64,000 nucleotides of DNA from a candidate division WOR-3 bacterium (lineage in GTDB: Bacteria; Hydrothermota; 32-111): the NCBI GenBank assembly GCA_037481815.1, contig JBBFKX010000001.1, positions 773,826 to 837,825 of the forward strand, written 5' to 3'. Both the position numbers and the translations under genes were made by a program. Below, one piece after another: positions 28,963 through 39,500 of this stretch. Position 1 is the first letter of the stretch, and each line of letters begins with the position of its first letter. A model generated the notes under the pieces. That model did not search any database. It saw only the letters and a program-made list of their open reading frames with translations, and had not been told where the DNA came from.

Positions 28963-30227
28963 AAAAAAGATTTTGTTTGCTTTTTTTATCATCACTATTC
29001 TTTGTTTTAAATTCGTCAGAACTAAAATTTGCCATAATTTCAGATATACATCTTTATGATACAATTCTTGGAATCACAGGGAAAGAGTTTGAAAATTATA
29101 TTGAGAATGACAGAAAACTTTTAAAGGAAAGTTCTTTTCTACTTGATCAATTCTTTGAAGATATAAAAAATTATGATATCGATTTCATACTTATCCCAGG
29201 TGATATAACAAAAGATGGTGAACTTATAAATCATAAACTTTTTATTGAAAAAAGTTCGGAAATTTTAAGTAGAGGTATAAGAATTTTTGTTGTACCAGGT
29301 AACCATGATATAAACAATTTTGATGGTTTTAAATATGAGGACGATAAAAAAGTAAGAGTTGAAACTATTGATAAAAAAAATTTTGAATCTATTTATGAAA
29401 ACTACGGTTATAAAAACTCATTTTCAAAAGATGAAAATTCTTTGAGTTATATCGCAGATTTGAATGGAGAATATTTTCTAGTTGCACTTGATGGATGTAA
29501 ATATTTTTTAAACGATGAAAAAAATCCTTCAACAGTTTCTGGAAGGATCAATGAAAAAACATTAAAATGGCTTGAGAAAAATCTTAAAATATTAAAAAAT
29601 AAAAACAAAAAATTTATAGTGTTAATTCATCATAATCTTATAGAGCACTTTTCCGGGCAAAAAAAGGGATATCCTGAATATGTACTTGAGAACAATGAAC
29701 AGGTGTTAAAAATTTTAAACAGATATGATGTAAAACTTATCTTCACCGGGCATTTTCATGCAAACGATATTGCAAAGAAAAAGATGAAAAACGGATACAT
29801 TTTTGAAATCGAGACAGGTTCTCCTGTAACCTTTCCATCCCCATACAGGGTAGTAGAAATTTCAAACGATAGTTTTGTAAAAAGTAAAACCTTTTCTCTT
29901 TTAAAATCACCGGAACTATATACTTACAGTAAAGAATATACAGAAAACGGAATCTATAAGATAGCATATAAAATAATAAAGAGTTTTCAGATATCTGATA
30001 AAGAATCCGATATACTTGCTAAAAAGATCTCTTTCTCAATGATTTCACATTATCAAGGAGACGAAACTTTACCTGAAAAATTTTTTGATACAAAAGATTT
30101 TTCGTTGAAATCAAAATTTATAATGTTTTTAAAAAGGGATATGTTTAAAAATCTTCTCGTTGACACTACATCTGATAATAATGTCCAGATAAATCTATTT
30201 TCAGGGGAAATTTCCAGAATCAGATAA
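28959..30227 (+). CDS. Exported calcineurin-like metallophosphoesterase
   Basis: SDIH, GDIT, GNHD, HH and GHFH motifs; signal peptide from MKKRF at 28959. Confidence 0.9.
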   Translation: MKKRFCLLFLSSLFFVLNSSELKFAIISDIHLYDTILGITGKEFENYIENDRKLLKESSFLLDQFFEDIKNYDIDFILIPGDITKDGELINHKLFIEKSSEILSRGIRIFVVPGNHDINNFDGFKYEDDKKVRVETIDKKNFESIYENYGYKNSFSKDENSLSYIADLNGEYFLVALDGCKYFLNDEKNPSTVSGRINEKTLKWLEKNLKILKNKNKKFIVLIHHNLIEHFSGQKKGYPEYVLENNEQVLKILNRYDVKLIFTGHFHANDIAKKKMKNGYIFEIETGSPVTFPSPYRVVEISNDSFVKSKTFSLLKSPELYTYSKEYTENGIYKIAYKIIKSFQISDKESDILAKKISFSMISHYQGDETLPEKFFDTKDFSLKSKFIMFLKRDMFKNLLVDTTSDNNVQINLFSGEISRIR

Positions 30228-30231
30228 ATTT

Positions 30232-30304
30232 TGCGTCACCGGGGAATCGAACCCCGAACCTACTGATTAAGAGTCAGTTGCTCTACCATTTGAGCTAGTG
30301 ACGC
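30232..30304 (-). tRNA. tRNA-Lys(CTT)
   Basis: GCGTCAC/GTGACGC acceptor stem, anticodon loop CT-CTT-AA, GTTCGATTC T-loop; CCA not encoded. Confidence 0.95.
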
Positions 30305-30318
30305 TTATAAATAAAGAA

Positions 30319-30392
30319 TGCGCCTGACAGGAATCGAACCTGTAACCTACGGATTAGAAATCCGTTGCTCTATCCAATTGAGCTACAGGCGC
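30319..30392 (-). tRNA. tRNA-Arg(TCT)
   Basis: GCGCCTG/CAGGCGC acceptor stem, ACGGA-TT-TCT-AA-TCCGT anticodon arm; CCA not encoded. Confidence 0.95.
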
Positions 30393-30404
30393 TTATTTTT
30401 TAAA

Positions 30405-30482
30405 TGGGGTGAGTGAGGGGACTCGAACCCCCAACGGCTGGAACCACAATCCAGAGCTCTAACCAATTGAACTACACTCACC
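30405..30482 (-). tRNA. tRNA-His(GTG)
   Basis: Encoded G-1 pairs with C73; CTGGA-TT-GTG-GT-TCCAG anticodon arm; CCA encoded. Confidence 0.95.
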
Positions 30483-30489
30483 ATAAAAG

Positions 30490-30565
30490 TCGGGGCAGCT
30501 GGATTTGAACCAGCGACTTCCTGCTCCCAAAACAGGCGCGCTAAACCGGACTGCGCTATGCCCCG
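30490..30565 (-). tRNA. tRNA-Pro(TGG)
   Basis: CGGGGCA/TGCCCCG acceptor stem, CCTGT-TT-TGG-GA-GCAGG anticodon arm; CCA not encoded; the 5' end overlaps rdgB. Confidence 0.95.
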
Positions 30566-31164
30566 AGATACTCTTTTTCTAAAAAATCTATAAACTTGTT
30601 AACAGCTTTTGCTCTGTGAGAGATCCGATTTTTTTCAGATTCATCGAGTTGTGCAAAAGTTTTATCAAAACCATCAGGTATAAAAACCGGATCGTAACCA
30701 AAACCTTTCTCTCCTTCTGGCCTATATGCGATCCTTCCTTCGCACACACCTTCAAACTGTTTCATAAATTCTGAGGTTTTAAAGGTTATCACAGTTTTAA
30801 AATACGCTTTCCTTTTAAAATCCTCTTTGAAATCTTCCATCTTTTTCAACAACAACATATAATTGTCTTGGTAGGAAGGATTCTTTCCAGCATATCTTGA
30901 TGTGAAAACTCCTGGTTCGCCATTCAAGGATTCGACAAAAAGACCAGTATCCTCAGCAAAAGTATCCAACTTTGTAAAAGAATACCCGTTTAAAACTTTA
31001 ATTATAGAATTTTCTTCAAGAGTTTTACCGGTCTCTTCAACTTCAGGATAATCTGGAAAATCTTCTATGTAAAGAACTTTTATTTTTTTCGAAGTTAAAA
31101 TATACTCAATTTCTCTCTTTTTGTCAAGATTATGAGTAGCAAAAAAAATCTTCAACTCTCTCAT
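30556..31164 (-). CDS. rdgB: dITP/XTP pyrophosphatase (HAM1 family)
   Basis: ATHN..KK.E, EETG.TLEEN, EDTGL, PG..TSRY, GFGYDPVF and KNRISHR motifs. Confidence 0.95.
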   Translation of the reverse strand: MRELKIFFATHNLDKKREIEYILTSKKIKVLYIEDFPDYPEVEETGKTLEENSIIKVLNGYSFTKLDTFAEDTGLFVESLNGEPGVFTSRYAGKNPSYQDNYMLLLKKMEDFKEDFKRKAYFKTVITFKTSEFMKQFEGVCEGRIAYRPEGEKGFGYDPVFIPDGFDKTFAQLDESEKNRISHRAKAVNKFIDFLEKEYLGA

Positions 31165-31586
31165 GGAATGACTGTAAAAGCATCAGAGTATCCTTTATCC
31201 TTTACAAGATCTCTGAATCTATCAGCATCCTCTTTTGTTTTAAAGTGTCCAATTCTAACTTTATAGTATGGTGGGATATATTCAACATAAACATCCTCTG
31301 TAAATTTCGCTTTTGCTTCATCTCTGACTTTATAAGCTTTCGCTTCATCATAGGTTGCAAAAATCTGTACTTTGTACTCTGTTACAACTGTCTGTTGTGT
31401 ACTCTTTTGTGCAGTATCAACAGGTTGCTCCTCAACAATTTCAAGTTTTGGCTGTTCTACTTTTGGTTCTTCTTCTACAATAACAACTGATGGTTGCTGG
31501 GTTGGTTGTGTAGTTTTTGCTTTTTTTGTACATCCAGCAAAAATAAGAGATGAAAACAGAACTAAAACGATCAACTTTTTCAACAT
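31161..31586 (-). CDS. SPOR-domain lipoprotein
   Basis: Lipobox FAGC, Q/P/E/T-rich linker, and YKVQIFA...YKVRIG.F..KEDA...GYSDAF. Confidence 0.85.
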   Translation of the reverse strand: MLKKLIVLVLFSSLIFAGCTKKAKTTQPTQQPSVVIVEEEPKVEQPKLEIVEEQPVDTAQKSTQQTVVTEYKVQIFATYDEAKAYKVRDEAKAKFTEDVYVEYIPPYYKVRIGHFKTKEDADRFRDLVKDKGYSDAFTVIP

Positions 31587-31596
31587 TTAACCCTCC

Positions 31597-32667
31597 TTAA
31601 AGGTATTTTTTATATTTTTCATCCTTTTCAAGAATTTTAAGAAGATTCTTTATTTCACCAGTTTCGTTCTTTTTACACACAAGTGTTTCATTTTCGGTTC
31701 TAACTATTATAAGATCAGATACCCCTATAACTGTTACAAGCCCTGCATCAGAAATTATTATACTGTTTTTTGAATTCAGAGAAACAACTTCTCCTTCAAT
31801 TATATTCCCATCCTTATCTTTATTTTTAATCCTTTCAAGTGCATTCCAGTCACCAACATCATCCCAGTTGAACTGTGCTCTAACGATAACAATGTTTTCT
31901 GCCTGCTCCATTACTCCAAAATCGATAGATGTTGCAGGAGAGTTCTGATAGAGTTTTAAAATACTCTCTTTTTCATCATCCTTTCCTATATGCTTTTCAT
32001 ATTCAAGAAGTTCTTTATACATATCAGGTAAATATTTCTGGATGCCTTCAAGGAGTGTTTCGGTTTTCCACAGAAATATTCCGCTGTTCCACAAAGTGTT
32101 ACCTTTTTTAAGATACGATATCGCTCTTTTCACATTTGGTTTTTCTTTAAAGGATTTTATTTTGTAAACCTTATCATCAAGTAATGCTTCTCCGAGTTCA
32201 ATGTATCCATAACCTTCATCAGGTCTTGTTGGTGTAATACCAAAAGTCACAAGATTACCTTTTAAAGCATATTCATACCCTACTTCAATAGTTTTTTGAA
32301 AATCCTTATCAGGGAAAATACTGTGATCAGCAGGACAAACGAGCATAACAGAGTTTTTATCAATACTTCTTAACCTCACAGCACCAAAACCTATAGCAAG
32401 TGCTGTGTTCTTTCCAAATGGCTCATAGAGTAGGTTCTGTTTGTTAAAGATTTCAAAAGAATCTATCGAATCTTTTAAAATTTCCGTACCTATGATAAAT
32501 ATCCTGTCTTTTTCAATAAAATTGTTCAACCTCAAAAAGGTTTCTTCAAGCATCGTTTTTTTTGATATAACTGGAAGAAGTTGTTTTGGTTTTGTTTTTT
32601 TGGATCTTGGCCAAAACCTTTCTCCCCTTCCACCTGCAAGTATAACTGCATATAAATTTTTGTTCAT
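31597..32667 (-). CDS. manC: Mannose-1-phosphate guanylyltransferase
   Basis: ILAGGRGERFWPRS..PKQ, EPFGKNTA, PADH, FKEKP, WNSGIF and WDDVGDW; no PMI cupin domain. Confidence 0.9.
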   Translation of the reverse strand: MNKNLYAVILAGGRGERFWPRSKKTKPKQLLPVISKKTMLEETFLRLNNFIEKDRIFIIGTEILKDSIDSFEIFNKQNLLYEPFGKNTALAIGFGAVRLRSIDKNSVMLVCPADHSIFPDKDFQKTIEVGYEYALKGNLVTFGITPTRPDEGYGYIELGEALLDDKVYKIKSFKEKPNVKRAISYLKKGNTLWNSGIFLWKTETLLEGIQKYLPDMYKELLEYEKHIGKDDEKESILKLYQNSPATSIDFGVMEQAENIVIVRAQFNWDDVGDWNALERIKNKDKDGNIIEGEVVSLNSKNSIIISDAGLVTVIGVSDLIIVRTENETLVCKKNETGEIKNLLKILEKDEKYKKYL

Positions 32668-32690
32668 AAATTTTGTCCTGTTTTTTTTCT

Positions 32691-32718
32691 ATTATATATA
32701 TTTTACCTTTATAGTCAA
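32691..32718 (-). promoter_or_regulatory. Putative sigma70 promoter of manC-SPOR-rdgB-tRNA
   Basis: TTGACT-N16-TATAAT; the -35 overlaps the cyclase TGA stop. Confidence 0.55.
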
Positions 32719-35700
32719 TTATATTCAATTCTTCTTTTCATCATTTTGAATTCGAAAGATTCTGGTGATTCAATAAGTTTATCAACAGACGAAAGAAAAA
32801 GTGTTTTGTATTCTAATTTTTTTGTTTCTTTAAACAAAAAATATAATAATCTCACTTTGTTTTCTAAATTTTCATTTTCATCAACCATTTTTATTAAATT
32901 TTTTTCAACATCAGTTTCTCCTTTTTTTAAAAGAAGCAGGTTGTGATAAAGATCGAATAAGAACTTCTTTTCTTTATCCTCTTGTTTTTCCAAAAATTTT
33001 TTTAACTCTTTCAATTTGATCTCCAGATTCTCCATATCACCAACCTCATAAAAATATTGAATAAGAAGAATAACAGAAGCGGTAATCTCATCATCAAGAT
33101 TCAGTTTTAAAGCCATATTATAACTTTTTTCAGCAAAATTTTTCATTTGATCTAGGTCATTTTTGTAAAAGTTTATTTTTGACATTTCAAAGAGAGCAAG
33201 ATGCAAAGCCCAATAATTTTTTATCTCTTCAAAAATCGACGCTGCTATCATGTAATACTCCTGTGCTGTATCAAACTCCTCTAAAGCGGAATAGATGTTA
33301 CCTATGTTTCCAAGATTTATTCCCATAAAATATTTGTTTCCAATCTCCTCATTAATAGTAAACGCTTCCTGATAACATTTTAGGGCTTCGTCATACTTTT
33401 TTTGGAAGTAATAAATCATACCTATATTACTTATCGAAGCTGAAAAAGAATATCTATCTCCCTGTTCTTTTGCAACTTTTAAAATTTCTTTAAAAATTTC
33501 AAGTGCTTTATCGAGTTCCCCTTTCCTCCACAACATCAAACCAAGATTTCCCATAGCATAACACATCTCTCTTTTTTTATTGTGTTTTTTATCGTAATCA
33601 ATCTTTTTGTTCAAAAGTTTTATACCTTCATCATATCCACCTGTTTCAAAATAGTATAAAGCCATACTTCCCATAATATCATGTTCCAGTTGTTCAAATT
33701 TTTTTTCTTTTGCCATCCTTAAAGATTCTTTAAAATAGGTTAAGGATTTTTCATACTGATTCATATCATAATAGATTTTCCCTATATTTTTAATCGATCT
33801 GATCTCTTCTTTCAGGTTGTTATTCTTCTTAAATATTTCATAGGCACGATTTGCATTTTCAAGAGCGTTATCATAGTCGGATAATCTTATCTGTAATTCG
33901 ATTAAAACATTCAAATATTCAGCGTATATCTCAGATTCTTTATCTTTAATGTTATCAAAAATTTCATTTAAAAAATCTTGCTCTTGCTGATATTGTGAGA
34001 GATAAAACAAACTATGGGCTATAAGAATACCTGTTTTTAATTTTTCGGAATCATCTTTTTGTATATTGAAAAGTTTTTGATTTAACCTTAAAGCATCCTC
34101 TTCCCTGTATTCTTTTTTAGCAAACTCGGCTGCCTTTTTTAAATACTCTTCATACTTTTCATAATTTCTACTCTTTTCATAATGAAAAGCAAGATCAGCA
34201 TAATAGATAGGATTATTCTTATATTTTTCTTCTATTGAAAAAGCAGCAAGATTGTGCAATTTTATAAGATCTTCTTCAAGTTGCATTTCGTAAGCAGCAT
34301 CTTTGATAAGAGAATGTGAGAAAACATATTTCATTTCACCTGAAGGATACCAGATATTTTGTTCTGTTCCCTCAAAAAGTTCTCCTTCAATATTTTTCAT
34401 ATCAACCATCTTATTTAAAATTTCTACATCGAATTCTTTACCCAACACAGATGCATTTTGAACCAATCTTTTCAATTTTTTACTCAACCGATCGAGACGT
34501 GCGATTATTATTGAGTTTATGCCTGAAAAAATATCTATATCAAGTTTTTCAATATCAAAACCATTATTATCATATTTTATATAGCCATTTTCATTTAAAA
34601 ACAGGAGCATCTGTTCAATAAAAAATGGATTCCCTTCAGATTTTGTTTCGATAAAATTCAAAAGTTTTTCTTTTATTGGCCCTTTAAGTATTGATTCCAT
34701 CATCAGTTTTATATTTTCCTTATCAAATTTTTTAAGTTCAAAGCATTGTGCTCCCTTAAAGTTTGAACATAATTTTTTTATTTTTTCGTCTTCCCTTGAT
34801 AAAATGATCAATCCAAAAGGATATTCTGAAACATTTGTCATAAGTTCAGGAATGAATTTTAAAGATACTTCATCCAACCATTGGGAATCGTCAAAAATTA
34901 AAATCAAAGGTTTTAAAGAGGATTTAATTTTTATAAACTCTTTTATCCCGATCTTTATATTGTCCAGAATCACTTTATCATCAAAATTCTTCTCAAGATC
35001 TGTTTTAAAACCCAAAAAACTTTTTAAAAAATTTTTAGTTCTTTTAAACTCTTCGGGTGAAACATTTTCTTTATACTGAACTCTATTTAAAAGTTCATCA
35101 AAAATATTTTCAAAATTTTCTTCATTCTTTTCAGAATTTTTATCAAAATCAATTTTAAAGTATTTACCTAAAATTTTTCTAAAAACATCAAGGAAATCTT
35201 TAACTATCTCATCAGATTGTTCCCAAAAAACATCAAAATCTTTTTCAACCGATTTTATTGACTCTTCCACAAACCTTGTCTTTCCGATACCTGCCTGGCC
35301 AAAAACGAAATGTATCCCGATATTCTTATCTTTAACACTAAATATATCAGTCAATTTTTTTATCTCATCTTCTCTCCCTATAAATCTGTTGAAATATTGT
35401 TTTTCAAAAACGATTTTTTCACCAACTCTAAAGATCTCTCTTTCTCCTACGATACCTTTAAATTTAAAAAAACCTTTAGATAAGAGATCAAAATTCTTTT
35501 GTAACTTGTTCGCATAAACAGAATCACAACAGATCTCACCCCAAGATGTTTGCATCGCAATCCTTGCTGCGAGATTAACCACCGATGAAATTGCTGTATA
35601 AGCATATTTTTTTTCACTCCCAATTTTTCCAAAATATGCACTTCCAAAAGTAACTCCAACTCTCACCTCATTATTCAAAATCGTAACCAACTCTTTTACA

Positions 35701-36581
35701 AATTCAGACGATTTAGAAATATCATTTTCAAAAGCTTTTGGAGCACCAAAAATAATATAACATAGAAGACCTTTGTCTGAGTAATCAACAAGACTTAAAA
35801 AATAACCATATTTTTCCTTCAGTTTTAAGAGATTTTCAACATAAAATCTAACATTTTTTTCCTTTGAAGAATTTTTAAAATTTACAAATATAGAGATAAC
35901 ATTCCGAAATTCACCTTTTAGATCAGAGTTATAAACTTCATCAACAAGAAAAACATTCTCTTCTGGATAAAATTCATTTTTTTTCTTAGGATTACATTTT
36001 TTTTGAAAAATGTTTAGAATCTTAAAAAATTCACCTTTTTTTTCAAAGTTAGCGATTTTAAATAAATTCTCATAAGTTTTTTTGTCACATAAAATTTCAT
36101 TCTCCTGACAGATATCCTGCATTTTTTGAATATTTTTTATCGGATTTCCTTTTAAAAGAAAGATCTTTTTCTCTTGACCTATGAAAAGAATTTTAAAACG
36201 ACCTGAAACTATACTGATTTTAACTGAAAGTTTTATCTTTTGATCTTTTAGATTAAAATCATTATTTTCTATTCTTTTTATTATATTGTAAGCAGAAAGA
36301 GCAGAACAAAAATTTTTCTTACCATCAAAAACTGCCGTGAAAGCATCCCCTGCAAATGTAGTTATAAATCCATCGTTTTTGTATATTTCATCAATTATGT
36401 CATTGTAAAACAGGTTAATAATTTTTGAAAGTGTTTCAGCACCACTTTTGCCAGATTTCATGAGTTCTTCTGTTAAAGAGGTAAAACCCTTGATGTCAAG
36501 GAACAGAATCGATCCTTCAAAACTTTTTTCAACATTGTTTTTTTCATACCATTTTAATATTTTCAATGGAAGAATTTCCAA
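32715..36581 (-). CDS. Tandem class III nucleotide cyclase - STAND NTPase - TPR protein
   Basis: Cyclase 1: FLDIKGFT and FAGDA. Cyclase 2: DKG and YTAISSVVNLAARI. Walker A GQAGIGKT, Walker B LIFDDSQW, GNPFF motif, then a long TPR array. TTG start after AAGGGAGG. Confidence 0.9.
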   Translation of the reverse strand: MEILPLKILKWYEKNNVEKSFEGSILFLDIKGFTSLTEELMKSGKSGAETLSKIINLFYNDIIDEIYKNDGFITTFAGDAFTAVFDGKKNFCSALSAYNIIKRIENNDFNLKDQKIKLSVKISIVSGRFKILFIGQEKKIFLLKGNPIKNIQKMQDICQENEILCDKKTYENLFKIANFEKKGEFFKILNIFQKKCNPKKKNEFYPEENVFLVDEVYNSDLKGEFRNVISIFVNFKNSSKEKNVRFYVENLLKLKEKYGYFLSLVDYSDKGLLCYIIFGAPKAFENDISKSSEFVKELVTILNNEVRVGVTFGSAYFGKIGSEKKYAYTAISSVVNLAARIAMQTSWGEICCDSVYANKLQKNFDLLSKGFFKFKGIVGEREIFRVGEKIVFEKQYFNRFIGREDEIKKLTDIFSVKDKNIGIHFVFGQAGIGKTRFVEESIKSVEKDFDVFWEQSDEIVKDFLDVFRKILGKYFKIDFDKNSEKNEENFENIFDELLNRVQYKENVSPEEFKRTKNFLKSFLGFKTDLEKNFDDKVILDNIKIGIKEFIKIKSSLKPLILIFDDSQWLDEVSLKFIPELMTNVSEYPFGLIILSREDEKIKKLCSNFKGAQCFELKKFDKENIKLMMESILKGPIKEKLLNFIETKSEGNPFFIEQMLLFLNENGYIKYDNNGFDIEKLDIDIFSGINSIIIARLDRLSKKLKRLVQNASVLGKEFDVEILNKMVDMKNIEGELFEGTEQNIWYPSGEMKYVFSHSLIKDAAYEMQLEEDLIKLHNLAAFSIEEKYKNNPIYYADLAFHYEKSRNYEKYEEYLKKAAEFAKKEYREEDALRLNQKLFNIQKDDSEKLKTGILIAHSLFYLSQYQQEQDFLNEIFDNIKDKESEIYAEYLNVLIELQIRLSDYDNALENANRAYEIFKKNNNLKEEIRSIKNIGKIYYDMNQYEKSLTYFKESLRMAKEKKFEQLEHDIMGSMALYYFETGGYDEGIKLLNKKIDYDKKHNKKREMCYAMGNLGLMLWRKGELDKALEIFKEILKVAKEQGDRYSFSASISNIGMIYYFQKKYDEALKCYQEAFTINEEIGNKYFMGINLGNIGNIYSALEEFDTAQEYYMIAASIFEEIKNYWALHLALFEMSKINFYKNDLDQMKNFAEKSYNMALKLNLDDEITASVILLIQYFYEVGDMENLEIKLKELKKFLEKQEDKEKKFLFDLYHNLLLLKKGETDVEKNLIKMVDENENLENKVRLLYFLFKETKKLEYKTLFLSSVDKLIESPESFEFKMMKRRIEYN

Positions 36582-36593
36582 AATCCCTCCCTT

Positions 36594-39500
36594 TTATTCT
36601 ATAATTATAATTTTCGAATCAGTATGACCGAAAACCTCGGGATTATACATTTCACAAACATTTGCTGGTGGAACATTAAATTGTCCGGAAACCGTTGCTT
36701 TTACAAAATATGTAAAAACATGTTCTCCTTCGGAAAGGTATATCGAACTTGTCAGAATTTTATCCTTATAAAACTCTTCATGATAAAAATCACCCCACCA
36801 TGAATTTTTGAAATTAAAACCTGCAAGGTTCAAGAATTCTGTTAGAAACTCTCTTTTCACCATTTCAAAACCTGCAGGAACGTTATCCTCAAGAACAACG
36901 AAAGTTCTCGGTATATCTGTTGTAACTTTCAATTTTACCTTATAAATTTCTCCCTTTTTGAAATCTTTTACTTTTTCATCGTTAATGTTTTGATATTCTC
37001 GTTCGATAGTAAACCCATTGAAAAGTGTTTTTTCTATTCCAGTTTTTGTGTATCTGTATTTCAAGGTATAATAAATTCTTCCTTTTCCCTTTTTTTCAAA
37101 TTTTAATACATTAACACTATCTTTAAAATTTTCACCTTCCAAAATATATGTCGATCCGTTATCTTTTCTTCCTTTAAAACTCTTTTTATAAAAGGTTTTG
37201 TCATTAAACTTCAAAAATATTTTAAAATCCGTTTTATCTTTTTCATAAATTTTATAGTACTCATTAAGTGCCTCAAGAATCAATGCTGTTGTATGTGTAT
37301 TCAACCAGAATCCGTTTTGTAAGTTCTTTAAAATATATTTAACAACAAGTTGTGCATATTCATAATTACCTTCTGTTTTTAAAATTGAAGTCAGAAATGT
37401 TGCGGTCGCCTTTAAATTATTGTTAAAAAACCACCAATCTTGAAATTTCTCTTCAAAGAAAAGATAATCTGATTCAAATTTAGCGGTTGATTTTATTTCC
37501 GATAAAAGAGTTTTCTCTTCGTTTGTTAGAGAATAATTTTTTAGTGTCTCAACCAATCTTGCTTTTTCTGCAAAGTATAGTTTTTCCCTGTTGTTAAATA
37601 TTTCTTTTATTTTCACCTGATGGTTCAACTTTCCATATAAGGACAAAACATATAAAGAAAATGCTTCCAATGAATACTTTGCATTTAAACTGTATCCCCA
37701 GACACCATTAAAATTTTCTTGTAATAAACTCTCTATATAGTTTAATCCTCTTTCTTTTACTGTATCATTAATTTTATAACCTTTAGCAATTGCGTGATAA
37801 ATAACATACATTGTGTATACCGAAAGATATTCATTCTCATAAATATCACTTTCAAAATACTTGAAACCACCATTTTCTGATTGAAAATTTTCAAGATCCT
37901 TTAAAATTGAACCAACGAATTTTCGTAAATTCGTTCCTTTCAATTCTGACAGATTATAAAGGTTTATTATATCCTCACCTATAATCAGAGGAAAAATTTT
38001 TGAAAGTTTTTGTTCCAAACACAGATACGGATAATCTTTAAGATAATCAAGAGGAAGATTCAAACCACCTATCAAGGTAGAATTTAAATTTATTTTTATA
38101 AAACTTTTACTTTTGTTAACACTTTTCGCAACATTGAAATACTCTGTCACTTCAGAACTATCAGAAGATGAAAATAAGGAAGAATATTCATAAAGATTAT
38201 GGTTTATTATGGGCAGTGCTAAAACCATTCCATCTGTTATCGAATCTTTCTCAACCTTTACATATATTTTGGCACTATCTTCAAAAAGTACTTTTCCTTT
38301 AAAATCCACTGAAATTTTTTGATCTGAACTATTGAGTTTTTTGTTCGTTTCTAAAAATTCTATCTCTTTTGAAAAAATCGTTGTTTTAACTTTACCTTCT
38401 TTATTAGAATTATCAAGTATAACAAATGAAAAATCCACATTATCAAAAGGTCTCAAGAATAGCGGGAAAGAAGGGTTAATAAGAATTTCCTTATCAACTC
38501 TTATGCTTTTTTCCTTTATATTAAACTTTTCCTCATCAAAAGCAATACAAACGATTCTGAATTTTCCAATGTTATCTGGTAACCTAAACTTTATTTTCAC
38601 ATTCTTTTTATTCGAAAATTCAATATCTTTTCTATAAAAAACGAGTGATTGAAAATTTTTTCTAAAATTTACATCAATCTCATTTTCAAAATTTTCTTTA
38701 ATATTTTCAGATAGGTTTAACCCTTGAGAATCTTTCGTCTTTTTATCAGACATGGGTGTCATCGATTTATAATTCTCACCATCCATCATTTCAAAACCGT
38801 ATCTAAAAATCGATGGTGGATAAAAATCGTCAGAGTTAACAAAACTTACATTGTTTGAAAAATATGAATAAAAGACATTCAGGGGATCAGGATAGTTGTA
38901 ACCTGTTAACATCAGAACAGATTCATCAACAACAAAAAGAATTGCGTTACACTTCTCTTTTTCAACAGTTTTAAGTTCAACCGTAACAGAATCACCTGGT
39001 GAATATTTTTCCCGATCTGTTATCATATCAAATTTCAACCTTTTTGATTCATTTGAAACATCTATGAAATGTGTTGATAGTTTTGGTCTGTTGTTTAATG
39101 AATCATTCTTTAGATTGAATATCGAGAAATAAAAACCACCAAATAGATTTTCATCAACAGGTATTTTCAAAACCAGAGTATCACTATCTTTGAAAGAAAG
39201 GTTTTCAAACTTGAAGATCGAATCTTTGTTTATATAATAGTAATGTTTTTGGTCCTTATCATTTGATATTATTTTTAAAAATACCGTATCACCAATATCA
39301 TATTTATCTTTATTTTTAAGCACCTGTATTCCACTTTCATCAGTTTCAAAATCATAAAAAAATCCATTATAGAACCTATCAACTATTTTGCCACCATCAT
39401 AGTGTAATTCCACTTTATAATAAGAATTTTCTGGAAGTTTTATCCAGAAAGAATCAACCCTTTGATCTGTAAAAATCTGAACACTTTTTATTGTATCATA

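Noticed and set aside
30227..30565. tRNA cluster as an integration site for a prophage or island
   Set aside because: No integrase, no duplicated tRNA 3' end and no phage genes nearby.
6762..36581. CBASS/Pycsar-type defence built from the cyclase, cNMP protein and PLD
   Set aside because: The cyclase is a tandem class III-STAND, not a CD-NTase or PycC with an adjacent effector. The cNMP protein has no TIR or TM effector, the PLD is secreted, and the genes are over 20 kb apart.
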